Below are positions 41,025-52,516 of a stretch of DNA of 64,000 nt, in pieces. The stretch comes from Saccostrea echinata. Its lineage: Eukaryota. The notes beneath the pieces were generated by a model. It saw only the letters and a program-made list of their open reading frames with translations, did no database searches and was not told the origin of the DNA. Every line of letters starts with the position of its first letter. The stretch's first letter is position 1. The position numbers were made by a program, and so were the translations under genes. The stretch lies in the NCBI RefSeq assembly GCF_033153115.1, contig NW_026889772.1:6262001-6326000 (forward strand), read 5' to 3'.

Positions 41025-42252
41025 ATGTCCACCGCTTTTCAAGCGGAGAGGGGTATATATTGATGTATATAGTGATGGGTGTCTCTATGACATCCTTTTA
41101 TCCATACGGCTGTAACACTTGGGGATACCCATCTCTTATCTGCAACGTACTCCTCTTATACAGAGTTCAACACTAACTTTTCTACCCATAAGTACAGCTG
41201 GACTAGTGCTTCTTTACTTTTACTTAAGCCTGCAGGTGTTTTTATTAGACCGTCAAAAAAATGCATCATACATGTTTTTGTAACTACTGATTTTGAATAT
41301 AATATCACAAAGTGCTTCTTACACTATTCGTTGAAGTGAATTGTTCTTTTCCATGAATTTGTTGAAATCAGGAAGTATGATCATGTTCAATCTTGTTCCT
41401 TTATGAATTACACCCAAGATGTCCGACATCTGTCTGTGTCAACATGTACTAACGATCACTAAAGCATTTTACTTCATATTGATCTATACAATTAAGCACT
41501 CAATTGACTTGGAATTGGGCAACTACCCACCAAAAGCTAAAAATACATTTTGGGTTTGCCATTAAAAATTGTCGAAATCAGACATCTGTAATTATTTTTA
41601 TTGTTTACCTGAGAAGTTTTAATTGGTCCGTTTGGACTGATTAGCCACAGATTTTATTGGTCCAAATGAAAATGTTTTAGTAAGTCCGAGACTAAAAGAC
41701 TAATGTTATGCCCAACCCTGCTATACCATGAAAGAAAATGTAATGAGATTTTCATTTTAGAATCTTTATTACATAGTTCCACTGTGCACCTTCTATTTTA
41801 CGATTCAATCAGAGAGATATTTGGGGTTTCCCATAGCAAAATATGGACACTGCAATTTTTTCTATAACATTGGGGTACCAATCTCTTATCCACAATTCCT
41901 CCTATACCTGAATGAAATATAATGAATTTTTATTACACAGTGCCATTGTACATTGTATATTACATTTCAATTAGACAGATATTTGAGTTTCCCATAACTA
42001 AACCTGGACACTGCCAACCATTCTATAATGGGGGTACCCATCTGTTATCTGCATCTCCTCCTTTACCACTGAAAAAATTTTAAGAAGACTTTCACAGAAT
42101 CTTTAGTACATTGTGTCATTGTGGACCTATTTTATGTTCTGATTGGACAGATATTTTGGGTTTCCCTTAGCCAAAAAATGGACTTTGCCATTATACTCCT
42201 GTGGTGGCGGGGGTATCATTTTGTGAGCTCAGTGCTCACAGTACCTCTAGTT
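41025..42252 (+). mobile_element. Degenerate Helentron/DINE-like element with internal ~155-bp repeats
   Basis: Repeated GGGG[A/G]TACC[C/A]ATCT[C/G]TTATC...CTCCT and GACAGATATTT..GTTTCCC blocks. The 3' end has GGGGGTATC and a hairpin GTGAGC...GCTCAC followed by CTAGTTTTT. Confidence 0.5.
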
Positions 42253-42573
42253 TTTATTGAATGTGTACATGATGTCTTTTTTTAGGATTCATCAATCACT
42301 TTGGCTGTTTCTTCATCTCCTATATATTTTATCCAACATGCAAAAGATTTCATCAGAACTCTTTCAGTATTTAAATTGAGATCTGTATCTAGTACCTGTT
42401 TTGACTGCAAACCTGTCTTCTTTTTGTTTATCATATGTACAGCAACCAATTTATACATAGTTCCATAGCAACACAGCAGGAAGTTAAAAATAAAACTATT
42501 GAAAAATAATTAAAGATTTTCATATATTTTGGTTGGCAAAAGAAAAAAAAAATTTGAATTTTAATCATTAATT

Positions 42574-43534
42574 TTAAGCAATTTTTTGTGTAAAAGATTT
42601 TCTTAACACACTTTGCCTTGTCCTTGCAACAGTTTGTCTTAGGATATCATTTTCCATCTCCAGTTCTTTATTCTTTTGTTCGTACTTTTTTAACTGTTCC
42701 CTGATGACACAAGTTCTTCTCTTATAGTCTGATTTCAAATCTACCATAGCTTTCTCTACTTCTTCTAATTCCCTCATCCACATAACAAACTCTGCATTTT
42801 TAGACAGAATGATTTTGACCATCTCTGGAAATGATTTAGCTTGGCCAAAGGTGTCCTGTAGCTGCTGGTGTGCTGAAGTTGTTGTGCTTATTGCTTCTTT
42901 GGATTTATGCAAGTGAAAGTCTATAGAATTATTGTTTACAAAGTATTCACCAAAAGCAAACAGGTAGAGATTGCTGAGTTCTTGTTGAAGCTTAAGAAGC
43001 ATCCTGTGTCTTCTCTCCTCCACTTTCTGTTTGTGAATAAATTCCACTTGATCCACCTCATCTTTCAGTTGCTTGGCAAGATCTGCAGTGCGTTTGTCAG
43101 CCTGGAGTTTGTGGATAAGGAATTTCAGTGCTCCAGGCTTTCTTGCTATCACTTGGAAGAGGAAGTTTTCTGTCCTCTGTGACATTGTGCTTATATCCTG
43201 CACAAAAAATGCATGTTGAATTATAATAGATTAAAATGAAGAATGAAATAACCAAGTATTGAATTGAATTTCCTCATGAATAAAAGTTATTTAAATTGTC
43301 TTGCTTTTTTTAATCTCAAAATAACAATTTTCATGATATTTAAATGTGAATGATTCTGTTTAAAAAATATAAATGATTATTTACACTACAGATACAAACC
43401 GTAATTTTGTTGAAGTCTCTCCCCTCCATGACCCCATGGTTTACAAACCACCCCAGGAACTGGGTTGTGGGGCGAAGTCTCTCCACCAGGGTTGTCCGAC
43501 AATTCTCTAGGGCCCTTCTCTCACAGTAAGCCAT
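42574..43534 (-). CDS. Cluster gene D: CARD-like + coiled-coil protein without low-complexity tail (~252 aa; exons 43400-43534, 42574-43197)
   Basis: Exon 1 is 45 codons (MAYCERRALENCRTTLVERLRPTTQFLGWFVNHGVMEGRDFNKIT) with a GTTTGT donor. Exon 2 begins DISTMSQRTENFLFQVIARKPGALKFLIHKLQADKRTADLAKQL. This is the most canonical CARD-like pattern of the four. Confidence 0.85.
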
Positions 43535-44236
43535 TGAGAATGTCCAAAAGTTGGCATTTCAGGGCATTGTTGTGTTAAGGTTTTGAAATGTAATTACCAT
43601 TTTTGTTGACTTTCAATTAGAATTATACAGTTGACAGGGTCTTGTTTTCAGTTTTTATTGCTTTTAACCTTGATCCTTTTTACTATTTGCATTTAACTGC
43701 TAGTGTATTTTTTTTTTTATTTCTGTGAGTAAAATTTCTTTAAGGGTATGTAAAAACACACACATAAGGAATTAAGACTTGGTTGTTTTATTGTTTCTAG
43801 CTGTAATGAATATTTGCTGGCATTAACTACTGACTCCTTGTACAGATTCTATTGTTGCAATAATTACTATCTTTGTAGATGAATCAATTAGCCTTGAGAT
43901 GAACAAATAATTCAGTGACTACTTTACAAGACTTTTTCCATTGAGTTTAAACTAAGTGAAATTAGAACAGTTAATAGATATAGCAAAATAAACTTGAGTG
44001 TTAATTAGGACATAATTTACACACACAGATAAATGATTACTCATGCCTGTTCACTTTTTAAGCATTTATTTAATTCAGTGCTTTCATCTTCACAACAGGA
44101 GATGGTTTTTACATCAAAGGTCAGTCACATCAGAGAAAATTATCATTCAAACCTTTTCATGCTTAATACTTGCACAGGTTTCAAGATATTGAAGGAACAA
44201 AGGGGAATAACTCTTATTTGATTTGTAAGTTTGTCA

Positions 44237-45811
44237 TCAATAATCGTCTCCATGTAGAGATTCAGAATTTGCAAATGACATGGTTGATTCTGGGCGATAG
44301 ACAAATTCAGTCTCTTCTTGATGTTCAAAGGTCACACTTGGTCCTTGATTTTGGTTGGTCAGCTGTTGTCTGTGGGATCCTGTAGAAATATGCAGACGAG
44401 AACTAGACCGACTTCTGCCACTTTGTACAGACTCTTTGTGAGGTATTGAAGAATTAGAAGTTCTCTCAGGAAATATATGATAGAGATGCAGAGTATTTAT
44501 TGGGCCATGGAAGTGATTGTGATGTTTATTGTCAGAACTTTCATTCTGTTGGTCAGCTCTAGACAAGTTTGTGATGGTTTTGGAACCAGGATTGTTTGAT
44601 TTTGGCACTGTATTTATGGGATTTTCTGTTTGGCAGTGAGTACTAGTACATTCTGCTTTCAGGTTAGCACTGCATGCTTTATCAACTGAAGTTTTATGAG
44701 ACTTTCGCCTGGCCTTTGACATATTGTAGTTTAATTTTTCAGTTTCTTTCAATTTTTCCTTTAATTCATGATACAATTTGTGGAGCTTTCTGCTTTCATT
44801 ATCTCTATGGGCTACCTTTTGCTTCTCATCCTCGAGTAATTTCAGTATCTTTGTCTTTTCTGAAGCATTAAGTTCTTGTTTGTCATATTGTTCCTGCAGT
44901 TTTCTCTCCCATTGTTGATTGCACATTATGAGACCTTTCTCTATTTCTATGACTTGTCTCCTGCACTCATCCTTAATCTTCTCTTTGTCTTCCTCATATT
45001 TTTCTATCTTCATCTCCAGTTTCTGGATTTGATTTTTCTGCCTGATGCTTATTTCTCTGTATTGTTCATGCAGCTCATCTTTATCTTTGTTACTGGTTAT
45101 CCTTTGGTTTTCTGCAACACTGTCCACAAGGTCATGAATTTGCTCTTTGTGGTCCATCTTTGACAAGATGTTTTCAGCTCTTTTGAGTCCTAGATTTTCA
45201 GATTCTATAATACTTATCACGGCTTGTCTAAATTTTCTTTCTCTGAGCTTGAACTCCTCTAATAACATCTTACAGTGGACAAGTGTACCTACACCTTTCA
45301 GTTTTGTTTTTGGTAGGAAGGCCTGCAGTTCGTCTGAAAAAATAAGCTCCCTGCAGCGATTCTGACACTTTTCAATTGATTTTACCTCTTCTCTCAGCTT
45401 CTTGGTGAAAGGAATCGATTCTGGGATATCCGAGAAATCAAAAGACTTGCTAAGTTGAGCAAGGGCTTGCAGAATCTTTGAGGATTCATCCAAGACTTTT
45501 TCAGTGGGTAAAAGTTCACCTGCATTTGCATGACAGAAGGAATAAATAATATGAGCAGCTTTTGTTAGCTGATTAACATCTGTTGAGCAGTCCTCCTCAG
45601 TTTGTGTCCAGCATTCTGTGTACACTTTTTTGGGAGAAATAATTTTGGTAGCTTTCTGACGATTTCTTTGTTTTTGGTTTGCACGTTTAGTTGACACCCC
45701 TGTTAATTCTTTTCCCGTGGTTCTGTTTGTGTTAGGAACAGTTGATTCTTTGGCTGATGGTTTGTATGTGATATTCACAGTTGAGGTTTCTTTACCTGTA
45801 GTTTTATTCAT
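44237..45811 (-). CDS. Cluster gene E: 524-aa coiled-coil protein with His/Asn-rich motif and C-terminal SFANS motif
   Basis: 1.57-kb open frame in AT-rich DNA. Basic Thr-rich N-terminus with short internal repeats (NKTTGKE/NRTTGKE), long K/E/Q heptad region, HHNHFHGPINTLHL, ending TMSFANSESLHGDDY. Probable upstream exon ~46027-46116 with a GTAAGT donor. Confidence 0.8.
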   Translation of the reverse strand: MNKTTGKETSTVNITYKPSAKESTVPNTNRTTGKELTGVSTKRANQKQRNRQKATKIISPKKVYTECWTQTEEDCSTDVNQLTKAAHIIYSFCHANAGELLPTEKVLDESSKILQALAQLSKSFDFSDIPESIPFTKKLREEVKSIEKCQNRCRELIFSDELQAFLPKTKLKGVGTLVHCKMLLEEFKLRERKFRQAVISIIESENLGLKRAENILSKMDHKEQIHDLVDSVAENQRITSNKDKDELHEQYREISIRQKNQIQKLEMKIEKYEEDKEKIKDECRRQVIEIEKGLIMCNQQWERKLQEQYDKQELNASEKTKILKLLEDEKQKVAHRDNESRKLHKLYHELKEKLKETEKLNYNMSKARRKSHKTSVDKACSANLKAECTSTHCQTENPINTVPKSNNPGSKTITNLSRADQQNESSDNKHHNHFHGPINTLHLYHIFPERTSNSSIPHKESVQSGRSRSSSRLHISTGSHRQQLTNQNQGPSVTFEHQEETEFVYRPESTMSFANSESLHGDDY

Positions 45812-48453
45812 ACCTTGAAATTTTAAAAAAGGAAATTAATTTTGATTGCTATAATCAAGAATTATTGACTGCATATTTAAACAACAAATCATCAGTTATA
45901 TATTTTGGTACATTTTATGGCTGATTGGATGAAATAGTTCAAGAAAGTGATAAAAATTGTGGATCAGAATGATGTTTTAGAAAAAAATGTTCTTAATTTC
46001 AGTGATGAAATATAAGCAAAACTTACCTTCAAAGTTGCATATAAATATAAATCTATTAATTTGCACCTCTGGATTGAATTGCTCTGCAGAGTTTCTAGTG
46101 ACATAGTGCAGTGTGCCTGAACAATTAAAACAATGTACAGGACGTACGTCTTAATCTGTTCCATCAATGACTGAGAATCCATTGTCATATATATATTGTT
46201 CGTGACTCATTCAATGCATCTTGAAGTTGCTTTGTAATACCTGAATTTGTTTTGTCAATGTATGGTTCTGCATAGATAAAAAAAGTCTTACTGAAAGAGG
46301 AAAATATTAATACAGTAGTGTTTTAAAAAATTCATCAGTTGTTGGGGGGCTTTATAGAATGAGGTCTTTTCTTAATTGATCTTGTAATAGTTACTACAAA
46401 AAATGTTGGAAAGTTTTCATCTTGATATATTTCTTGCCATATTTTGACCCCAAAATATATATTACCATATCAAAATACCCACATAATGTGGCTAAAATTT
46501 AGCTTTAACATTAATATCTTAATATAGATGTGAAAAGGATGTGTGTTTTAATTTGTTTTGTTTTTTTTTTTATTTTTAATTTATAAATTTAAAGTTGATT
46601 TAAGATATTGAAGACTTTGATTTATTTACTTAGAGGTTATCAAAATGCATTAAATTTTATAAATAAAAAGTGTTTGGAATGTCTAATATGCTTGTACGTC
46701 GTTAGTGTTTCAGATATGAATGTTCAAGATACTAATGTTCAAATATACAATGCTATTGGTTAAATGTACTGGAGGTTAGGAGGTCTGATAGAATACTAAA
46801 ATGTTGCCACATCAACTTGGTCAGACACACTTTCTTTGATTGTATATAATTTTATGTTGTCCTGCTTTGAGTTTGCCTTCTGGGTCATAGTATAAAAAAG
46901 TATAGTTTTGAAAAGGCATTTATTTTTATCTGCAATAAAAAGTGTACTAAAAAGTAATTGATAATTGTAGACTTGATTTTTGAAATACAATGTAGTGGTC
47001 AAATGCTGTTGACTTTCACTTTAAATCTAAAAAAAAAAAAAAAAAAAATTTGCATATATTGATGTCAATCAACTGTTGATTTTATGAGGGAAAAACACAC
47101 TGCAATTTTTTTTCTAAATAAATTAGATACTGTATGTTTCATTATACTTAGAAGTATTATATTCTTTTATTATAAGTCTATTGCACCTATTGTATGGACA
47201 TAGTTTTTAGAGATTATGAAAGCAGCTGAATTCTTTATTTTTCACTGCTGTAAATGGTATAGTGGTGATTCCTTTTTCTAAGCCATTTCTAAATGAACTC
47301 TGTGAAACAAAAGCTAAGTCAGATCTTTAATACTGAGTAATATGCATTCATATTTGGTTATCTAATTATCTAATAATTAAATACTTTTATGATTAGGTAA
47401 AAAGTTGGCACTTAATCTTGTCTTGAAAAAGAACCACTGCATGATTTTAACTATCCTGAGACCTGTTACAGTAGAGATCAATCAGAGATATAATTATAAT
47501 TCTAGATATCCATTATCCTGATACATACTCTGATCCTATATGACTGACAGTTCTTCACCTTAAATTTAAACCTCATATATATATCAGTCTGGGAATAAGA
47601 TCATAAAATAGATTATTTGAAAATTTAATACATGTATTTTTTTTTTTTTTAAAAAAGAAGCAAATTTACCATTGGGGGGAGGGGGGGGGGGATTTAAACA
47701 CAGTCAGAAAACTTTACTAAATTCCTTTCTTAATGCACTAATTTTTTTTTTTTACCCAACATTTTATAATTCTAACTTCTTTTTTTGGAGGGGGGGGGGG
47801 GGGGTTACATTCCTATACCTTAACATGTTGTTAAATCTCTGTATGTCAGGTCACTCTTCTTATTAATAAGGATATAGTGAAAAACAAATTCAATATACAT
47901 ATATATGTATAAACCATGTACAACACATTTGATACTAGATGAATAATAAATAATTTCTGGACATTTTATTTAATGTACATATATTTACAACTAAAGAAGA
48001 GAGAATGACATTTTTCTGTAGGGCATATCCAATGTACCTAACCTATGATAAAGATAGTCTAAATTAAAAATCATTGTACTATGTATATATGTGTACAAAT
48101 GTTTTTAGACAAAAATCAGCATACATTATTAGGGGCCTTGAAAAGATATTAAATGACCCAATATCTGTTTTGCTTAGAAAAATGCACAAAAATGACCAAA
48201 CATATAATTTTAGCTGGTACTTTCTCAAGATTAGTTTTAAAATAGGTGTGTAAGGCTTCATTAGTCACACACTAGCTGGTACTTCACTAATTAGAACTGA
48301 TCTTCAATTACAAGAATACAGGGGAGAATTCAAAACTATGTTGCATATATCTTAAAGAAAGCTGTCTTTGCTTTCAGAAAAAGCAAAGTCTGTTAATGAA
48401 AAGTCTGAGTCTCATTTTTATGGAATTATCTACAAGATGTTTAACTTAATATT

Positions 48454-49335
48454 TCAACACTTTGTGATATCACTTAGTGTTTCACTGCAGTTTGCAAAGC
48501 TGATATCTGTCTGACCACTGTTTTTTCTTCTTATGGTTGGAACAGGAGAAGTTCCACTATTAGCACAGCTTATTGTCGATATGGCACTGTCAACTCTACA
48601 AGGTTTTTTGAGAAACATTGTTTGTTCTCTGATTTTTTCCCCAGAAAAGGCAGATACAGGTCTGCTTATTTTTGAATGTACTAGATTAGCTTCTTCACTT
48701 CCCAGAAAATCTTTTGGAGATGAAAAAACCCAAGTTTGTACTCTCTCTAACTGCCTGTTTTGTTCCCACTTTCTTTTGGCCTCTTCAAAACGTTCGTTCA
48801 CATCTTTTAGTTGGCACTCAGAATCCTGGAGTTTTGTCTGAAGATCCTGATTAATCTTTGTAAGGTGTTTTATTTTATCCTCAAACTCAATTATCTGCAT
48901 TTGCAGATTGTTTTCTGCATCCTGTAATTTGCGGTGGTAAAAATCAGACATCATTTTCTGCTGTTCAAATCCGGATTCTTTATCTTTTAAATCCATTTGT
49001 AACTGCATGATCATTTTAGAAATTAGATCTGCTAACTTTGCAAGGCATGTCACACCTTGTGCATTAGGTACAAGTTTTTGAGTCTCAATGATAAAATGCT
49101 GCAGTTGGCCAAGGGTTACTTTCACATCAGCAATGGAGTCATTACCAGAAGAATGAGAACCTTGTACAAGTTCATGGATTTGTCTCATCAAATCATCCTG
49201 CTCCTGTGAGCATTTACTGGACTGCTGTTCCTTAGCTCTTCTTGCAATAGTTGTTTTCATAAAAATAGGCTGGCGAGTCTTTCTTTTCTCTGCGTGTCCT
49301 GGCTTCGAATTACTTCGTTTTGGTGGCTCAGGCAT
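48454..49335 (-). CDS. Cluster gene F: 293-aa coiled-coil protein with two S[FC]AN[SC] motifs
   Basis: Single-exon ORF with a basic head, QIHELVQG helix and coiled coil. Tail ISTISCANSGTS...TDISFANCS is shared with the neighbouring genes. Confidence 0.8.
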   Translation of the reverse strand: MPEPPKRSNSKPGHAEKRKTRQPIFMKTTIARRAKEQQSSKCSQEQDDLMRQIHELVQGSHSSGNDSIADVKVTLGQLQHFIIETQKLVPNAQGVTCLAKLADLISKMIMQLQMDLKDKESGFEQQKMMSDFYHRKLQDAENNLQMQIIEFEDKIKHLTKINQDLQTKLQDSECQLKDVNERFEEAKRKWEQNRQLERVQTWVFSSPKDFLGSEEANLVHSKISRPVSAFSGEKIREQTMFLKKPCRVDSAISTISCANSGTSPVPTIRRKNSGQTDISFANCSETLSDITKC

Positions 49336-49848
49336 ATTTTGTTTTTTTTATACAGAATGTCCATGAATATTCTTGAAGCAAAAGTGGACAATCATTAATT
49401 TAGCTTTTTTGGATAACTTTACCTCTGAAGAAGCTTTAGTATCTGAAGTTTCTGTATCACAGTCCACCAAACTTGATTAGTGGTTTGTGGTAAACCCAAT
49501 TGCTTTGTGTGGTGTTTCAATTCATGCACAACTCCAATATCTATTCACTGGACCTTTAACAGTGTTAAATAGATAAAACCAATGTTCCCACATTAATTAA
49601 TTATTCATCACTGATGCCTTTTAAGATAGCTATCTTGTTTTAAACAGGTGTTTCCAAAAGAAAATCAGCTGTGTATTGCATTGCAGTTCCATAAGTAGGA
49701 GGAGTGATTGTCAACAATTTCTTTTTCAATGTCAACAGATGAATTATTTTCAGGGTTTAAAAAACTGTAAAGACCTCTCTTTGATCATCAATTTTCAAAG
49801 ATGTTTTTTTTATGACATAGTAAAGAGAGTAAATGATATATTTTTACA

Positions 49849-50880
49849 TTAATCTTCAGAAATTGAACTGTTTGCAAAACTTATTTCAGAACATTCTGTA
49901 TTTGGAGATAATTGTCTTCCACAGTCTCTGACAAAATTATATTCATTCCTGCAAGATGCACATTTTCCACAGTCATCTTTACCTCCATTTAAATCGGAAA
50001 ACTCAGGATGGTTCTCAAGCCTCTCTTTCAGCATCTCATTTTCTTGATTTAACTTTTTATTTTCTAACATCAGTTCTATGTGTTTTGATCTGACTTCATT
50101 TCTGTATGTTGCCATTGCTTGCAATTCATTATTAAGTTTGTTATTTTTGCTTGTCAATTGTATATTTTCCTTATATAACATCTGAAGGCTTATCGGACTT
50201 GTAGAACATTCCTCCTTTAGTTTACTTTTCTCTCTTTCTAACAGCCCATTGCTTGCATTCAGATTTTCAATTTCATCTTTTAGTTTTTTATTTTCTGCTA
50301 AGTAAAATGTGATGGCATTCCTATGGCTTCTGTTTTCTTGGTCATTACATGTTTCCAGATTTTTAATGTGATGTCTTAATTCCTCATTGCAGTCTTTTAA
50401 CTTCTCTCTTTCTTCTTGTATTTCTGTCAGTTTTCTTTGCATAATTTCAAATTTTGTCATCAATTCTAATTTGCTTTTTCCTCTCATTGATGTAAACTCA
50501 GAAACCATAAAATCTACTTTGTCAAAGAAACCCTCCCCTGTGTTCTTTACCCCAGGAATTTCCTGATCCAGTCTGGTTTTAAGTTCCTGGCCACGATCTA
50601 TTGCATGTCCCATCTTATTTAGTAGAGTATCATTTGACTTTCCCAGCAGAAGGTCATGTAGTTGGCTGCTGAATGTTTTATATACAGGACCATAATGTTC
50701 TGTACTTCCATTTTCCTGATTTCTACGTCTGTGAGGGAGTTTCATATTGACACTTTTGTGTCCATTAGATTCTCTGCCATGAGGCTTTCCTGCTTTACCT
50801 CTGTTTGCTTTTCCTTTTGGAGAATTTTGGATTTTTGACTTTTGTATCTTGTTACTGGTTGTATTTTTTGTGGCTTCCAT
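49849..50880 (-). CDS. Cluster gene G: ~343-aa coiled-coil protein with Cys cluster and C-terminal SFANS motif
   Basis: ORF is open from 50922, with the likely start at MEATK (50880). Basic head, QLHDLLLG helix, long coiled coil, CGKCASC...C, ending SEISFANSSISED. Confidence 0.8.
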   Translation of the reverse strand: MEATKNTTSNKIQKSKIQNSPKGKANRGKAGKPHGRESNGHKSVNMKLPHRRRNQENGSTEHYGPVYKTFSSQLHDLLLGKSNDTLLNKMGHAIDRGQELKTRLDQEIPGVKNTGEGFFDKVDFMVSEFTSMRGKSKLELMTKFEIMQRKLTEIQEEREKLKDCNEELRHHIKNLETCNDQENRSHRNAITFYLAENKKLKDEIENLNASNGLLEREKSKLKEECSTSPISLQMLYKENIQLTSKNNKLNNELQAMATYRNEVRSKHIELMLENKKLNQENEMLKERLENHPEFSDLNGGKDDCGKCASCRNEYNFVRDCGRQLSPNTECSEISFANSSISED

Positions 50881-51532
50881 TTTACAGTAAAAGACCAATC
50901 TGATGGTTGAAGGAATAAACATTGTATTCTTAAGTAACTACATAGTTAAGGTTTCAAGGAAAAAAACATTGAAAAGGAAAAAGAAGAAAAATTAGGCAAT
51001 TATTTGATGGGAAAAAGTATACATACCTGATGTAGGTATTCTCCGTTTTGAAGGGATAGTTAAGAATATTTTTTTACAATGCACATTTTCTGTTCCAAAT
51101 ACTGGCGTTATGTCATTTTGAGAGCTGACAAAGTAATAAGTTTCATTTTCTAGTCATTTTGTTAATTAAGGCTTTTCATTTTTACCAAATAATTGCTGGA
51201 AATGAAATCTTGTTGATCTACATTGTTTTTTTAATTGCTTTGGAAAAATTATTTAGTCTGAGCTTATATAAAGGTGTACATAATTTGTATTGTAAAGAAA
51301 GGGATATTGTGAAATGCCTTTGAAGAAGAAATTCATGTATATATCTCCTTTGTCAGTAATTAAAAATGTATATTTAGAGGAGTTTCTTATTTATCTGCTA
51401 TAATTAAGGTGGGAAGTTTACTGGACACTTTTGTGACCTAAAATGGTAATACAAGATTAGAAGTGCAATGACCATCATGATACCATCATCATTTAAGATT
51501 AATTGAATGTTCAAAATTTAATTCTAAAATGT

Positions 51533-52516
51533 TCAAATAATTTTGAGTTTATCTATGCATTGTTTACATAGAAATACTTGTGTAGTGTTGAACATTTTTG
51601 AACACAGTAAACAAGATGTCCTGAGTTCTGAATGAGTGCTGTTAGCAAAGCTTAACTCTGTCATGTCACTGATCCCTCTGTCTAAATCCCTGAAGCTTGG
51701 TACTGTAGAAATTCCACTATTGGCAAAACTTAAAGGAGAAACACATGTATCCGAGTCGCTTCTTATAGATTTCCCTGAAGTTTCTCTAGAAAAGTTTCCT
51801 GTAGAAGAGGATAAGGACTCAGAAATTGAGGATGAAGATTTTGGTCTTTGATTTTGTTTGGATTCTTTTTGGTTCTTTGACCCGATTTCACATATTTTCA
51901 TTGAAGATATAAATTTCTGCAATTTTTCCTGATACTTTTCCTCTTCCCTTCTAGTTAACTCCTGTAACTTACCATTCTCTTCTGTAAGTGCCTGATTTTC
52001 CATTTTCAGAAGGTTTAACTCTTTAACCAATTCTTGTATTTTATCATCTTTTTCGAGAATCTGAATTTCATGTTTGTTTTGAAGTTCTTTGATTTGTTTT
52101 CCTTTGTATTCCATTAATCTCTCATTTGCTCTACAGTTGGCAACACTCTTTTCAATATCACCTTTTTTCTTCTGATATTCTTTCAAGAGAAGCCCTGTTA
52201 TGCCTGCAAAATAATTCTGATCAGCTAGGTCTTTTGCCCATGGCACCTCTTTCAGTATCTCTGCTTGTAACTGTTCAAGACTTGTTATTGTATTTTGACA
52301 GTTGAGGAAAATATTGTCACTCATGGCAGTTGAACCTAAAAGAAACTGGCACAGTTGATCCACTTTCTGTTTTTGGTGGTCTATCTGTGGTTTAGTGGTC
52401 AAACCTTTGATTTTTCTTGGAGACACAGGATTTCGTGATAGTAGCGGAGTTGGTTTAGATCTCCCCATAGGAATGCTCTGCACCCTTAACCCACTTCTGT
52501 TTGTACGCCCTGCCAT
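51533..52516 (-). CDS. Cluster gene H: 327-aa coiled-coil protein with two SFANS motifs and a terminal C4 zinc-finger-like motif
   Basis: Single-exon ORF with QLCQFLLG helix and coiled coil. Tail LSFANSGIS...TELSFANS followed by CLLC-x11-CKQC. Confidence 0.8.
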   Translation of the reverse strand: MAGRTNRSGLRVQSIPMGRSKPTPLLSRNPVSPRKIKGLTTKPQIDHQKQKVDQLCQFLLGSTAMSDNIFLNCQNTITSLEQLQAEILKEVPWAKDLADQNYFAGITGLLLKEYQKKKGDIEKSVANCRANERLMEYKGKQIKELQNKHEIQILEKDDKIQELVKELNLLKMENQALTEENGKLQELTRREEEKYQEKLQKFISSMKICEIGSKNQKESKQNQRPKSSSSISESLSSSTGNFSRETSGKSIRSDSDTCVSPLSFANSGISTVPSFRDLDRGISDMTELSFANSTHSELRTSCLLCSKMFNTTQVFLCKQCIDKLKII

